A stretch of 64,000 nucleotides of DNA from an uncultured Christensenellaceae bacterium (GTDB taxonomy: Bacteria > Bacillota > Clostridia > Christensenellales > Borkfalkiaceae): assembly GCA_910587365.1 (NCBI GenBank), contig CAJUKJ010000007.1, positions 6,133 through 70,132 of the forward strand, read 5' to 3'. Under the pieces are notes generated by a model. The model searched no databases and was not told where the DNA came from. It saw only the letters and a program-made list of their open reading frames with translations. The position numbers were made by a program, and so were the translations under genes. The number at the start of each line of letters is the position of its first letter. Position 1 is the first letter of the stretch. Below are positions 1 to 8,427 of the stretch, one piece after another.

Positions 1-2
1 TT

Positions 3-2420
3 GCCCGCGCACTTATAAACGACCCTGAAATAGTGCTTGCGGACGAACCTACGGGCGCGCTCGACTCCAAGACGAGCGTGCAGATAATGGATCTTTTAAA
101 GGAGATTTCAAAAGACAGGCTCGTAATAATGGTAACCCACAACCCCGAGCTTGCCGAACAGTACTCAACCCGTATAGTAAGGCTTTTGGACGGACTTGTT
201 ACCGACGATACTATGCCCTACGGCGGGGAAGAAGAAGTTGTCAATTCTTCCGTATCGGAAGAGGAAGCAAAAAAGACGAATAAGGGCAAAAAGAAAAAAT
301 CGTCAATGTCGTTCGGTATGGCGTTTATGCTTTCGCTTAAAAACCTTTTGTCCAAGTTAAAGCGTACCTCTATGGTTGCCGTTGCGGGAAGTATAGGCAT
401 AATAGGCGTATCGATGGTGCTTGCCATTTCCTCGGGTGTGCAGGGCTACATAAAAAATATGCAGGACGATATGCTTTCGGGCTATCCGTTAACTGTTACC
501 GAATCGGCTATCGATATGCAGGCGTTAATGGAGTTTTCCACCGAAACCAAGCCCGATATAACCAAGCTTAAAGATAAAGTTTACGTCGATTCGCTTTTGG
601 AAGCTTTAATGGGAATGAGCAAGACGCTTACTACCAACAATATTACCAAGGAATACGTGCATTACGTTGAAAAGCTTCCGTCGGAATATTATAACGCAAT
701 CCAGTACGGATACGAATTTAATATGGCGAATAATATTTTTACCGACTTTAAGATAACCAACGGCGAAATTGCAAAAGAGGACGACGCAAGCGGCAATTAT
801 TCGATTACGGCAATCCGCCAGATGTACACTTCCGTATTGCAGAGGGAAGCGGAATATGCAAACTATGCGTCTATGATTTCGTCTTTCGGCTCGTTTGAGG
901 AAATACCCGATAATTACGAATATATCCTATCCCAGTACGATATTCTTGCAACGTCAAACGGTAAAACGCAAAACCTTACGGAATCAGAGCTTAAAGATAT
1001 CTTTGAAAATAAGGGCAGTCTGATAATCGTTTTAAATGACAATGCCATTTCGGACATAACCCTCGGACAGTTCGGCTATATGACGCAGGAAGAATTTGTC
1101 AATTTTGCGTACAAGGCTTTAAAGGAAAACGGTACTGCGGGCGGGGAAAATTATGACGAAGATATTGTAAAGGATTTCCTTGACGGTAAAGACTTTGAAG
1201 AGTTCGTAGGCGAAAACGCGCATTCGTTTACCTGGTACCCCAACGACACCGTGTATTCAAGGGTAGATGAAACCGCAGGGGAGCAGTTCTATACTACTGA
1301 CACCGTAGAGCTGTACGAACTGTACAATAAGCTTATTGCTTCTGGCTACGACCCCGACGCAACCCCTACGCCCGAACAGGTTGAAATAATGAAGCAGATG
1401 CAAAATTGCATAACTTCCATTACCGATAAAGTCGTGTTTAAATACAACCACGATTCGGCGGATTTCAATAAGGAAAACGCGGTTGATTTAAAGGTAAAGG
1501 TAATTTTGCAAAAGAAAGAAAATATTTCTTACGGCTGTTTAAGCTCGGGCTTATATTACACCAACGCGCTGACAAAGCATATGCTCGAAACCTCGGAAAC
1601 GAGTGAAATAGTCGGATACCTAAATAATACCACGCTTCCGTACATAGCTTACAATTACAGCTTTTCCTATATGCAGGACGGCAAGTTCTGGAAAAGCTCG
1701 GGTGTGAACGGTATTCCCAATACGGGCTTGGTTACGGGCAGAACCTCCGACGGAATGATGTCAATGATGATGGGGTCAGGCTCGTCCAATAAAATAACGG
1801 CGGCTATGATGGGCGGAAGCACGCTTCCCGTGTATATCGGTATTTATCCCGTTGACTTTAAAAGTAAGGACAAAATAACAGAATATCTCGACGGCTGGAA
1901 CGATATGTGCAAAGCAGGCGAAACTTACGAGGGCGTCAAGCTCGACGATGCGGATATTGTCAAGTATACGGACACCGTCGGACTTATCGTAAGTATGATT
2001 AACACAATGATACAAATGATAACAATCGCGCTTGTCGCGTTTACGGCTTTGTCGCTTGTCGTGTCAACGGTAATGGTAGGAATTATTACCTACGTTTCGG
2101 TAGTGGAGCGAATAAAGGAAATAGGAATACTCCGTTCCGTCGGCGCAAGGAAAAAGGATATAAAACGGCTGTTCATTGCCGAAACGTTTATCATAGGACT
2201 TGCCGCGGGTATAGTCGGCGTTGCGGTAACTTATATAATTTCTCTTATAATAAACCTCATAGTAGGCTCGCTTGTCGGAATATTCACAATTGCTTCGCTT
2301 CCAGTATGGCAGGCACTTATAATGGTCGTAATAAGCGTTGTGCTTACCTTGATTTCGGGACTTATCCCCGCGTCGGCAGCAGCCAAGAAAGACCCCGTAG
2401 TCGCATTAAGGACGGAATAA
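3..2420 (+). CDS. ABC transporter with fused ATPase (only the C-terminal part is visible) and FtsX/MacB-type permease; 5' end lies outside the window
   Basis: The frame is open from nt 3 and reads ARALINDPEIVLADEPTGALD (ABC signature end and Walker B). A large extracytoplasmic region follows, then C-terminal TM helices with the FtsX-like EIGILRSVGARKKDI motif. Confidence 0.85.
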   Translation, partial: ARALINDPEIVLADEPTGALDSKTSVQIMDLLKEISKDRLVIMVTHNPELAEQYSTRIVRLLDGLVTDDTMPYGGEEEVVNSSVSEEEAKKTNKGKKKKSSMSFGMAFMLSLKNLLSKLKRTSMVAVAGSIGIIGVSMVLAISSGVQGYIKNMQDDMLSGYPLTVTESAIDMQALMEFSTETKPDITKLKDKVYVDSLLEALMGMSKTLTTNNITKEYVHYVEKLPSEYYNAIQYGYEFNMANNIFTDFKITNGEIAKEDDASGNYSITAIRQMYTSVLQREAEYANYASMISSFGSFEEIPDNYEYILSQYDILATSNGKTQNLTESELKDIFENKGSLIIVLNDNAISDITLGQFGYMTQEEFVNFAYKALKENGTAGGENYDEDIVKDFLDGKDFEEFVGENAHSFTWYPNDTVYSRVDETAGEQFYTTDTVELYELYNKLIASGYDPDATPTPEQVEIMKQMQNCITSITDKVVFKYNHDSADFNKENAVDLKVKVILQKKENISYGCLSSGLYYTNALTKHMLETSETSEIVGYLNNTTLPYIAYNYSFSYMQDGKFWKSSGVNGIPNTGLVTGRTSDGMMSMMMGSGSSNKITAAMMGGSTLPVYIGIYPVDFKSKDKITEYLDGWNDMCKAGETYEGVKLDDADIVKYTDTVGLIVSMINTMIQMITIALVAFTALSLVVSTVMVGIITYVSVVERIKEIGILRSVGARKKDIKRLFIAETFIIGLAAGIVGVAVTYIISLIINLIVGSLVGIFTIASLPVWQALIMVVISVVLTLISGLIPASAAAKKDPVVALRTE

Positions 2421-2450
2421 AATTTTAAGTATAAAAGTATCGATATTCTG

Positions 2451-2479
2451 TTGACAAGCTTTCAGCCGAGTGGTAAAAT
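2451..2479 (+). promoter_or_regulatory. SigmaA-type promoter TTGACA-17-TAAAAT with a TGn extension
   Basis: TTGACA at 2451-2456, a 17-nt spacer ending in TGG, and TAAAAT at 2474-2479. An AGGAG RBS precedes the ATG at 2516. Confidence 0.6.
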
Positions 2480-2515
2480 ATTCCTATAAAAAATTATTTT
2501 TAGGAGAAATAAACT

Positions 2516-3019
2516 ATGAAAAAACTTTTAAAAGTTTTGGCACTTGTTGCAGTTGTTGCATGCTGTGCAGTTGCTGTTGCATTTGCAGGCTGCGGCGAAT
2601 CCGCTAAGACCTATGACGGCGAGTACAAGTATGAAAATGCTTGGACTGCCGGAAACTACTACGGCGTTAAAGTACACGTTACCGTTAAAGGCGACAAAAT
2701 CACTAAAGTAACCTACGATGCAGACACTGATACTATGCACAACGTTACTCCCACTTGGGACGGTCACGATGTAACGGTAGCTGCTCTTGACAGCTATCTT
2801 GCTAAATTTGAAGGCAAGACTGTTGAGGAAGTAAAGGCTCTTAAAGTTAAGGTTGAGGAAGGTGGCGCGCCTTCAACAGTTGACAAGGGACAGACTCTTG
2901 CTGCGGCATGGCTCTTTGATTTATCGTATGTCAAGGACGGTGAAACAATTAAAACCGGTGCAACCCAGACAGCAGGCAGATTCGTTCTTGCAATTCAGGA
3001 TGCACTTAAAAACGTTTAA
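2516..3019 (+). CDS. FMN-binding-domain lipoprotein (predicted flavinylation substrate)
   Basis: Signal peptide with lipobox LAFAGC. YGVKVHVTVKGDKITKV followed by C-terminal IKTGATQTAGRFVLAIQDAL resembles the FMN_bind fold with the [ST]GA[TS] core. An ApbE gene lies directly downstream. Confidence 0.6.
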   Translation: MKKLLKVLALVAVVACCAVAVAFAGCGESAKTYDGEYKYENAWTAGNYYGVKVHVTVKGDKITKVTYDADTDTMHNVTPTWDGHDVTVAALDSYLAKFEGKTVEEVKALKVKVEEGGAPSTVDKGQTLAAAWLFDLSYVKDGETIKTGATQTAGRFVLAIQDALKNV

Positions 3020-3042
3020 TTAATAATTAGACATAAATAAAA

Positions 3043-3076
3043 ATAAGTCCGCTTTTTGGTCGGACTTATTTTTATT
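3043..3076 (+). terminator. Rho-independent terminator
   Basis: Stem ATAAGTCCG / CGGACTTAT (3043-3051 / 3061-3069) followed by a T-run. Confidence 0.7.
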
Positions 3077-3104
3077 TGCATTTTTATTGCCTTTACTATA
3101 TAAT
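3076..3104 (+). promoter_or_regulatory. Promoter TTGCAT-17-TATAAT directly abutting the apbE start codon
   Basis: TTGCAT at 3076-3081, 17-nt spacer, TATAAT at 3099-3104. Only 6 nt separate the -10 from the ATG at 3111, and no SD is visible. Confidence 0.45.
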
Positions 3105-3110
3105 TAAACT

Positions 3111-4289
3111 ATGAAAAAAATAATTTCCGCAATAACTGCGGTTTGCGCGTCTTTAATATTGTTTACCGGCTGTACGCCCAAAGAAGAAACCGAGTATTCA
3201 AGCCGTAACAGCCTTTTTTTAAGTATGAATACCGAAGCAAGCTTAATTGTTTCCGATATATTCACTACGGAAAAGAAAAACAAGTTTGAAGAAATGAGCC
3301 AAGATATTTCAAATACGTTAAACAAAATAAATAACTCCCTGTCGGTAAACGTCTTAAATTCAAGTATAAACAAATTCAATCAGGCAGACGCGGGGGAAAC
3401 GGTTGAAATAGACAATACCGCGTTTGAGGTGCTAACCCTTGCAAAAAACGTTTACGACCTTACAGGGGGATATTACAACCCTGCCGTCTATTACAACGTG
3501 CAGGCATACGGCTTTAACGAGTCATCCGTTTTAGGGAAACCGCTTGACGAAAGAATTCCTTCCGACGTGGTTATTGAAAAGTATAACAGTCTTTCTTCGC
3601 ATTTCGGCGAGGTTGAAGTTTATCAGGCGGAAAACAATAAATACTATGCGAAAAAACCTACGGCAACAATCGATATAGACGGCGTAACTTATTCAATGAA
3701 AATCGACCTCGGCGGTATAGGAAAGGGCTACGCCGTAGACGAGGTTAACAAGCTTATCGACGGGTACGGGTTCAAGTACGGATATTTTTCTTTCGGGACA
3801 AGCAGTATTTTAATTAAAGAGCATTATAAAAACGGCGGCTATAATCTCGGTATTACCAACCCGCGTACCGATATGGAAGGCAACGTATATTTAAGCGTAT
3901 CGGTAAAAAACGAAAGCTTATCTTCAAGCGGCGATTACGAGCAGTTCTTTTTATACGACAGTGACGGCGACGGCGTAAAGGAGTGGTATTGCCACGTATT
4001 CGACCCTACGACGGGCAAACCCGTTCAGACGGGTATAATGTCGGCAACGGTTATCGGCGGCTCTGCGGCGGAAGACGACGCTCTTACAACGGCAATTATG
4101 GCAATGGGTAAGGAAAGGGCTGTTGAATTCATAAACGAAAAGCTATCTTCAAGAAGAGTTGCTTTCTCATATGACGCCAACGGGAAATATGAAATTATAA
4201 CCAACATTCCCGAAAGCGAATTAAGCGTAGTCCACAGCAAATTTGAAATAGTCAGCACTTTATCTGACGGTAAAATCGTTTTAGGTTAA
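3111..4289 (+). CDS. apbE: FAD:protein FMN transferase (ApbE family) lipoprotein
   Basis: Lipobox LFTGC and the ApbE hallmark DLGGIGKGYAVD. Length is typical, and SSGDYEQ and AEDDALTTA regions are present. Confidence 0.85.
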   Translation: MKKIISAITAVCASLILFTGCTPKEETEYSSRNSLFLSMNTEASLIVSDIFTTEKKNKFEEMSQDISNTLNKINNSLSVNVLNSSINKFNQADAGETVEIDNTAFEVLTLAKNVYDLTGGYYNPAVYYNVQAYGFNESSVLGKPLDERIPSDVVIEKYNSLSSHFGEVEVYQAENNKYYAKKPTATIDIDGVTYSMKIDLGGIGKGYAVDEVNKLIDGYGFKYGYFSFGTSSILIKEHYKNGGYNLGITNPRTDMEGNVYLSVSVKNESLSSSGDYEQFFLYDSDGDGVKEWYCHVFDPTTGKPVQTGIMSATVIGGSAAEDDALTTAIMAMGKERAVEFINEKLSSRRVAFSYDANGKYEIITNIPESELSVVHSKFEIVSTLSDGKIVLG

Positions 4290-4290
4290 A

Positions 4291-4773
4291 ATGTCTTTAA
4301 AAAAAGTTGAACAAGTCAAGTCCGACAAAGGCTTTAAAATATGGGACGTGATAATTTACGGCATAATCATTGCTTTGGTTGTAGTGCTGTTTATCGTGGT
4401 GTTTGCCAAACGCGACACAAGTCCTTTAAAGGGAGTAAGGTTTAAGTACGTCAATGAAATCGTTTATGAATACGATTTTGAAAAGGGCGAAATAAGCCGT
4501 AACCAAGCTTACGTGGAAATTACCGAAGATACGGACGAAAAGCTTGTTTTAAGGGTAAGCCTGGCAGACGGCGGGTACAACGTCGTCGAAATAAATAAAA
4601 GCGGTCTTGTAAGAATAATAAGTGCAAACTGTCCCAAACAGGACTGTGTATACGGAAACACTTTCTTTAATTCGGAAATTAAGGATAACAGCGGATATTT
4701 ACACTGCTTACCGCACAATTTCCAGATTTTGCCGTATGGCTATGATATCGATGACGGAAACATAATAATATAA
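4291..4773 (+). CDS. NusG domain II-like single-pass membrane protein
   Basis: One N-terminal TM helix. The C-terminal NCPKQDCVYG...GYLHCLPHNFQI pattern is recalled from NusG_II family proteins that accompany ApbE and Gx transporters. The start lies 1 nt after the apbE stop. Confidence 0.5.
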   Translation: MSLKKVEQVKSDKGFKIWDVIIYGIIIALVVVLFIVVFAKRDTSPLKGVRFKYVNEIVYEYDFEKGEISRNQAYVEITEDTDEKLVLRVSLADGGYNVVEINKSGLVRIISANCPKQDCVYGNTFFNSEIKDNSGYLHCLPHNFQILPYGYDIDDGNIII

Positions 4774-4777
4774 AAAA

Positions 4778-4814
4778 TAGCGGGGTCTGCAAATGCAGAC
4801 CCCGCTATTTTTAT
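4778..4814. terminator. Bidirectional terminator between convergent genes
   Basis: 13-bp stem TAGCGGGGTCTGC / GCAGACCCCGCTA, flanked by an A-run on the left and a T-run on the right. Confidence 0.8.
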
Positions 4815-4821
4815 TTAAGGA

Positions 4822-5697
4822 CTATTCTGCGTCCTCGGTTTTAATTTCTTCCTGTGCGGGTGTTTCTTCGGCAACTACCTTACGGCTTATAATAATCTTT
4901 CTGGGACAAGCATCTACACAGGTTAAACAACCCGTACACTTGGTATAATCGAATACAGGTAAATTGTCCTGCATAGTTATTGCGCCGTGGGGGCAAACCC
5001 TTGAACACTTGCCGCAGCCTATACAGCCGACCTTACAAACGCTCATTACCTCTTTCGCCTTGCACTTTGACGAGCAGGCAACGTAAACGGGAGCGGAGGC
5101 GGGAATACGGTCGATTATGTTCTTGGGGCAGGTTGTAATACAAGCTCCGCAGGATACGCACCTGTCGGGGTCTACTTCGGCAAGTCTGCCCGAAACGTTT
5201 ATTGCGTTTTCGGGACAAACGTCTTTGCAGTCGCCGCAACCCAGGCAGGCGTGGCTACACGCTTTGTTTCCGCCTAAGAGAGAATTTACGGAAGCGCAGG
5301 TGGGGTTGCCCTTGTATTCAAATTTATCGGCACAGTTTTCAATTCCGCCGTTGCAGTGGACTACCGCAACGGTAGGCTGTTCGTCGGTAAGCTCTATGCC
5401 CAAAATTTTAGCAATTTCCGCTTTGCTTTCGGGGGAGGTTACGTGGCAGTCTGAAAGGTTCGCGCTTCCCGATGCAAGCTTACTTGCAAAGCCCGAGCAG
5501 CCCGAGCAGCCGCAACCGCCGCAGTTCGCGCCCGCAAGATTGTTGCAGATTTTTTCAATCTTTTCATCAACGTCAACCTTGAAGAACTTGCCTACTAAAA
5601 ATATAAGTAATCCTATTATAATTGCGGTACCGGCAAAAATACCTGCAACTATTCCGACCGATATCCAGGTATCGGCGGTAACGTTAAGTAAATTCAT
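4822..5697 (-). CDS. rnfB: Rnf electron transport complex subunit B
   Basis: N-terminal TM helix, a CGGCGCSGC cluster and several CxxCxxCxxxCP ferredoxin motifs. It is the last gene of the rnfCDGEAB order. Confidence 0.9.
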   Translation of the reverse strand: MNLLNVTADTWISVGIVAGIFAGTAIIIGLLIFLVGKFFKVDVDEKIEKICNNLAGANCGGCGCSGCSGFASKLASGSANLSDCHVTSPESKAEIAKILGIELTDEQPTVAVVHCNGGIENCADKFEYKGNPTCASVNSLLGGNKACSHACLGCGDCKDVCPENAINVSGRLAEVDPDRCVSCGACITTCPKNIIDRIPASAPVYVACSSKCKAKEVMSVCKVGCIGCGKCSRVCPHGAITMQDNLPVFDYTKCTGCLTCVDACPRKIIISRKVVAEETPAQEEIKTEDAE

Positions 5698-5708
5698 TTA
5701 TTTCCTCC

Positions 5709-6317
5709 TTAACCTAAACTAATATAGCTGAATACCGTAAACGCCATACAGATGAAGCTGGCAGTTACCATAGCGATGGGGAAGCCCGCAATCGCTTTCG
5801 GAAGTTTGTAGCAGTTGAGTCTTTCGCGCATACCGCTCATTATAACCATAACAAGCGTGAAGCCAAGTCCCGCAAACAGTGCGTACAGTATTGCCCAGCC
5901 CATATTCATTGCTACACCCTCGCCGAGTATTTTCGACATATCGCCGATAACCATTTCTGTTACGCCGAGTACCGCACAGTTTGTGGTAATTAAGGGAAGG
6001 TAAATTCCCATTGCACCGTAGAGGGAGGGGGAAATTTTCTTTATTATAACTTCAAGCATCTGAACGAGCGAAGCGATTATAAAGATGAAGAATATAATCT
6101 CTAAAAATTCTATCTTTAACGGCACCATCACATAGGTGTAAATGGGATAGGTAACCAAGGTTGCAATAACCATTACAAGGGTTACCGCAATTCCCATACC
6201 TGCCGCGGAAGAAGTCTTTTTGGAAACGCCGAGGAAGGGGCAGATACCGTAGGTTTTGGAAGTGATGAAGTTGTTCGTCAGAACAGCCGCAAGAACAATA
6301 GCAATAAACGTACCCAT
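5709..6317 (-). CDS. rnfA: Rnf complex subunit A
   Basis: 202-aa polytopic membrane protein, paralogous to the adjacent RnfE, in the expected operon position. Confidence 0.9.
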   Translation of the reverse strand: MGTFIAIVLAAVLTNNFITSKTYGICPFLGVSKKTSSAAGMGIAVTLVMVIATLVTYPIYTYVMVPLKIEFLEIIFFIFIIASLVQMLEVIIKKISPSLYGAMGIYLPLITTNCAVLGVTEMVIGDMSKILGEGVAMNMGWAILYALFAGLGFTLVMVIMSGMRERLNCYKLPKAIAGFPIAMVTASFICMAFTVFSYISLG

Positions 6318-6318
6318 T

Positions 6319-6966
6319 TTACACGCCCTCCTTCAACATATTTTCACGCGCAAGCTTGTTTGCCTTAACGCGTCTTGCCCTTTCAAAGCCGTCCACGATA
6401 TATACGAACACTGCAATGCAGATGCCGTAGATAAGGAACGCGCCTGCGGGACTTGTCAGCATAGCAATCTTGAAGTCCATTATCTGATATCCGAACAGCG
6501 AACCTTTGCCGAAGAATTCACAGATAAAGCCCATTATCGTAAGAGCAACGGTAAAACCGAGTCCGTTTGCAATTCCGTCTACGGCAGACTCCAATACGGT
6601 GTGCTTATTTGCAAATGCTTCCGCTCTGCCTAATATTATACAGTTAACGACTATCAGTGCGAGGAAGGTTCCTAAGCTGTCGTACAAATCGGGTATAAAC
6701 TTTTGGAGGAACATTCTTGCAAATGTAACCAGCGTTGCGATAACTACTATATAGCAAGGAATACGTACTTCGTTAGGAATAACCTTTCTCAGTGCGGAGA
6801 TGATTATATTGCTTAACGTAAGTACTACAAGGACGGTAAGTCCCATTCCAAGCGAAGAAAATGCCGAGTTTATAAGTCCGAGAGTGGGGCAGGTACCCAG
6901 CACCAGCATAAAGGTGGGGTTCTGGAAAATAAGTCCGTCTAAGGTAATCTTTTTATACTTATTCAT
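6319..6966 (-). CDS. rnfE: Rnf complex subunit E
   Basis: 215-aa polytopic membrane protein with an RnfE/NqrD-like N-terminus (NPTFMLVLGTCPTLG). Confidence 0.9.
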   Translation of the reverse strand: MNKYKKITLDGLIFQNPTFMLVLGTCPTLGLINSAFSSLGMGLTVLVVLTLSNIIISALRKVIPNEVRIPCYIVVIATLVTFARMFLQKFIPDLYDSLGTFLALIVVNCIILGRAEAFANKHTVLESAVDGIANGLGFTVALTIMGFICEFFGKGSLFGYQIMDFKIAMLTSPAGAFLIYGICIAVFVYIVDGFERARRVKANKLARENMLKEGV

Positions 6967-8425
6967 TTGTGCTGCCTCCTGTCAATAAAGCTAAATCGTA
7001 ATTAGCCGTAGCAAACGCGCCTGCATACATACACACGTAAGTAGACCTTGAAGCGACCGATTGTGTTGTGGCTCCTGTTGTAACGCTTGTGTCATCATAG
7101 CCGGATAATGCCGTATAAGACATATCCTCGCCGTAAATTCCCGTAAAGTAGGATAGGTCTTTATCTTTAAGAATATTTTGAACGTCGGGCATAGAATTTT
7201 CAAAGCCGTAGGTTGAACCGTTTCCGCCCTCGGGGATAACGAAGCTTTCAATCTTCTTTTCGCTGTTAACGACTATCTGGATAGTGAAAGGATTGACAAC
7301 GCCGCCGTAAGCCACCGTTTTAATGTTGTAGGTTACTTTGCCGTCCTCGCCGACCGTCCAGCTTGTATTGTCCATATTGAGTATTTCTGTATACTCAATT
7401 CCCTTCAACAAAGCGTTGTCGTAGTTAGCCGTAGCAAACGCGCCTGCGTACATACAAACGTAAGTAGACCTTGACGCAACCGACATCGTAGTGGCTCCTG
7501 CGGTAACGCTTGTATCGTCATAGCTGGATAATGCCGTATAAGCCATATCCTCGCCGTAAATTCCCGTAAAGTAGGAAAGGTCTTTGTCTTTAAGGATATT
7601 CTGAACATCGGGCATATAATTTTCAAAGCCTTCGGTAGAACCGTTTCCGCCTTCGGGGATAACGAAGCTTTCAATCTTCTTTTCGCTGTTAACGACTATC
7701 TGGATAGTGAAAGGATTGACAACGCCGCCGTAAGCTACCGTTTTAATATTGTAGGTTACTTTGCCGTCCGCAAACGAAACTGTGGTTTCTTCCTGATTGA
7801 TAAGCTCGTTATATAAGAAGTCTTCATAAGGAGATTCGCCTATACTGCCGCCGCTTGCATAAGCCTGTATGAAGGTTATAGCGTCGTTAACGCAGCCGCA
7901 GACGGTAGCAAATGAAACCGACGCACCCGTATTGATATACATATCGTCGCCCTTGGTACCGTAAGCATATTTAATCCCTTCTTCATAGTCTTTGGAGAAG
8001 TTGGAAATATTTGAATTCCAGCCCGGTATTTTATCTGCATATTCGGAAGCTACTTTGTCGTACACAAGCACCGTGCCGACGCCGCTTACGTTTTTGTCCT
8101 TCGTTTCGACTATAACCCATACGGTAAGCTTTCCGTCTCTGCCGCTTCCGTAAATCTGTACGAGGTAGTCGTTCTTTTCAGGGATAAACCAAACTTTTTC
8201 AACGGTTGAGGTTCCGACCTTTGTCTCTTCGACTTCCTGTAATTCTGCCGTAACCTGCGAGCTGTCGGGGTAAAGCTTGCCGACCTGTCTGTTGAACTTT
8301 TCTTCCTCGCTTACGGCAAGAAGTCCGTTCATAAGCGTAAGGAATATTCCGCTTATTAAAAGCACGCAAAGAAGGGTTACAACGCATTTAAATGCGGTAC
8401 TTTTGAAAAACTGTTTAGCCGACAT
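6959..8425 (-). CDS. rnfG: Rnf complex subunit G, expanded to three FMN-binding domains
   Basis: N-terminal TM helix, then three FMN_bind-like modules with cores NTGASVSF, TAGATTMS and TTGATTQS. Its position between rnfD and rnfE matches RnfG. At 488 aa it is much longer than the RnfG proteins I recall, which have a single FMN-binding domain. Confidence 0.85.
   Translation of the reverse strand: MSAKQFFKSTAFKCVVTLLCVLLISGIFLTLMNGLLAVSEEEKFNRQVGKLYPDSSQVTAELQEVEETKVGTSTVEKVWFIPEKNDYLVQIYGSGRDGKLTVWVIVETKDKNVSGVGTVLVYDKVASEYADKIPGWNSNISNFSKDYEEGIKYAYGTKGDDMYINTGASVSFATVCGCVNDAITFIQAYASGGSIGESPYEDFLYNELINQEETTVSFADGKVTYNIKTVAYGGVVNPFTIQIVVNSEKKIESFVIPEGGNGSTEGFENYMPDVQNILKDKDLSYFTGIYGEDMAYTALSSYDDTSVTAGATTMSVASRSTYVCMYAGAFATANYDNALLKGIEYTEILNMDNTSWTVGEDGKVTYNIKTVAYGGVVNPFTIQIVVNSEKKIESFVIPEGGNGSTYGFENSMPDVQNILKDKDLSYFTGIYGEDMSYTALSGYDDTSVTTGATTQSVASRSTYVCMYAGAFATANYDLALLTGGSTNE
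7002..7770. repeat. Tandem direct duplication inside rnfG with a 423-bp period
   Basis: 7002-7347 closely matches 7425-7770 at a constant offset of 423 nt. The encoded units of about 115 aa (GKVTYNIKTVAYGG...ATANYD) differ at only a handful of residues. Confidence 0.9.
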
Positions 8426-8427
8426 AA

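Noticed and set aside
5117-5722. 201-aa ORF on the plus strand opposite rnfB. Similar long antisense ORFs occur at 12068-12529, 20056-20505, 42770-43276, 43307-43915 and 61781-62293.
   Set aside because: Each lies entirely antisense to a gene with strong family signatures. The translations are low-complexity (rich in Ser, Pro, Arg and Leu) and lack RBS or promoter support. They are shadow ORFs.
6991-7674. Two similar antisense ORFs (6991-7251 and 7405-7674) that look like a paralogous gene pair.
   Set aside because: They mirror the 423-bp tandem duplication inside rnfG, in a non-coding frame of the same strand. They are not independent genes.
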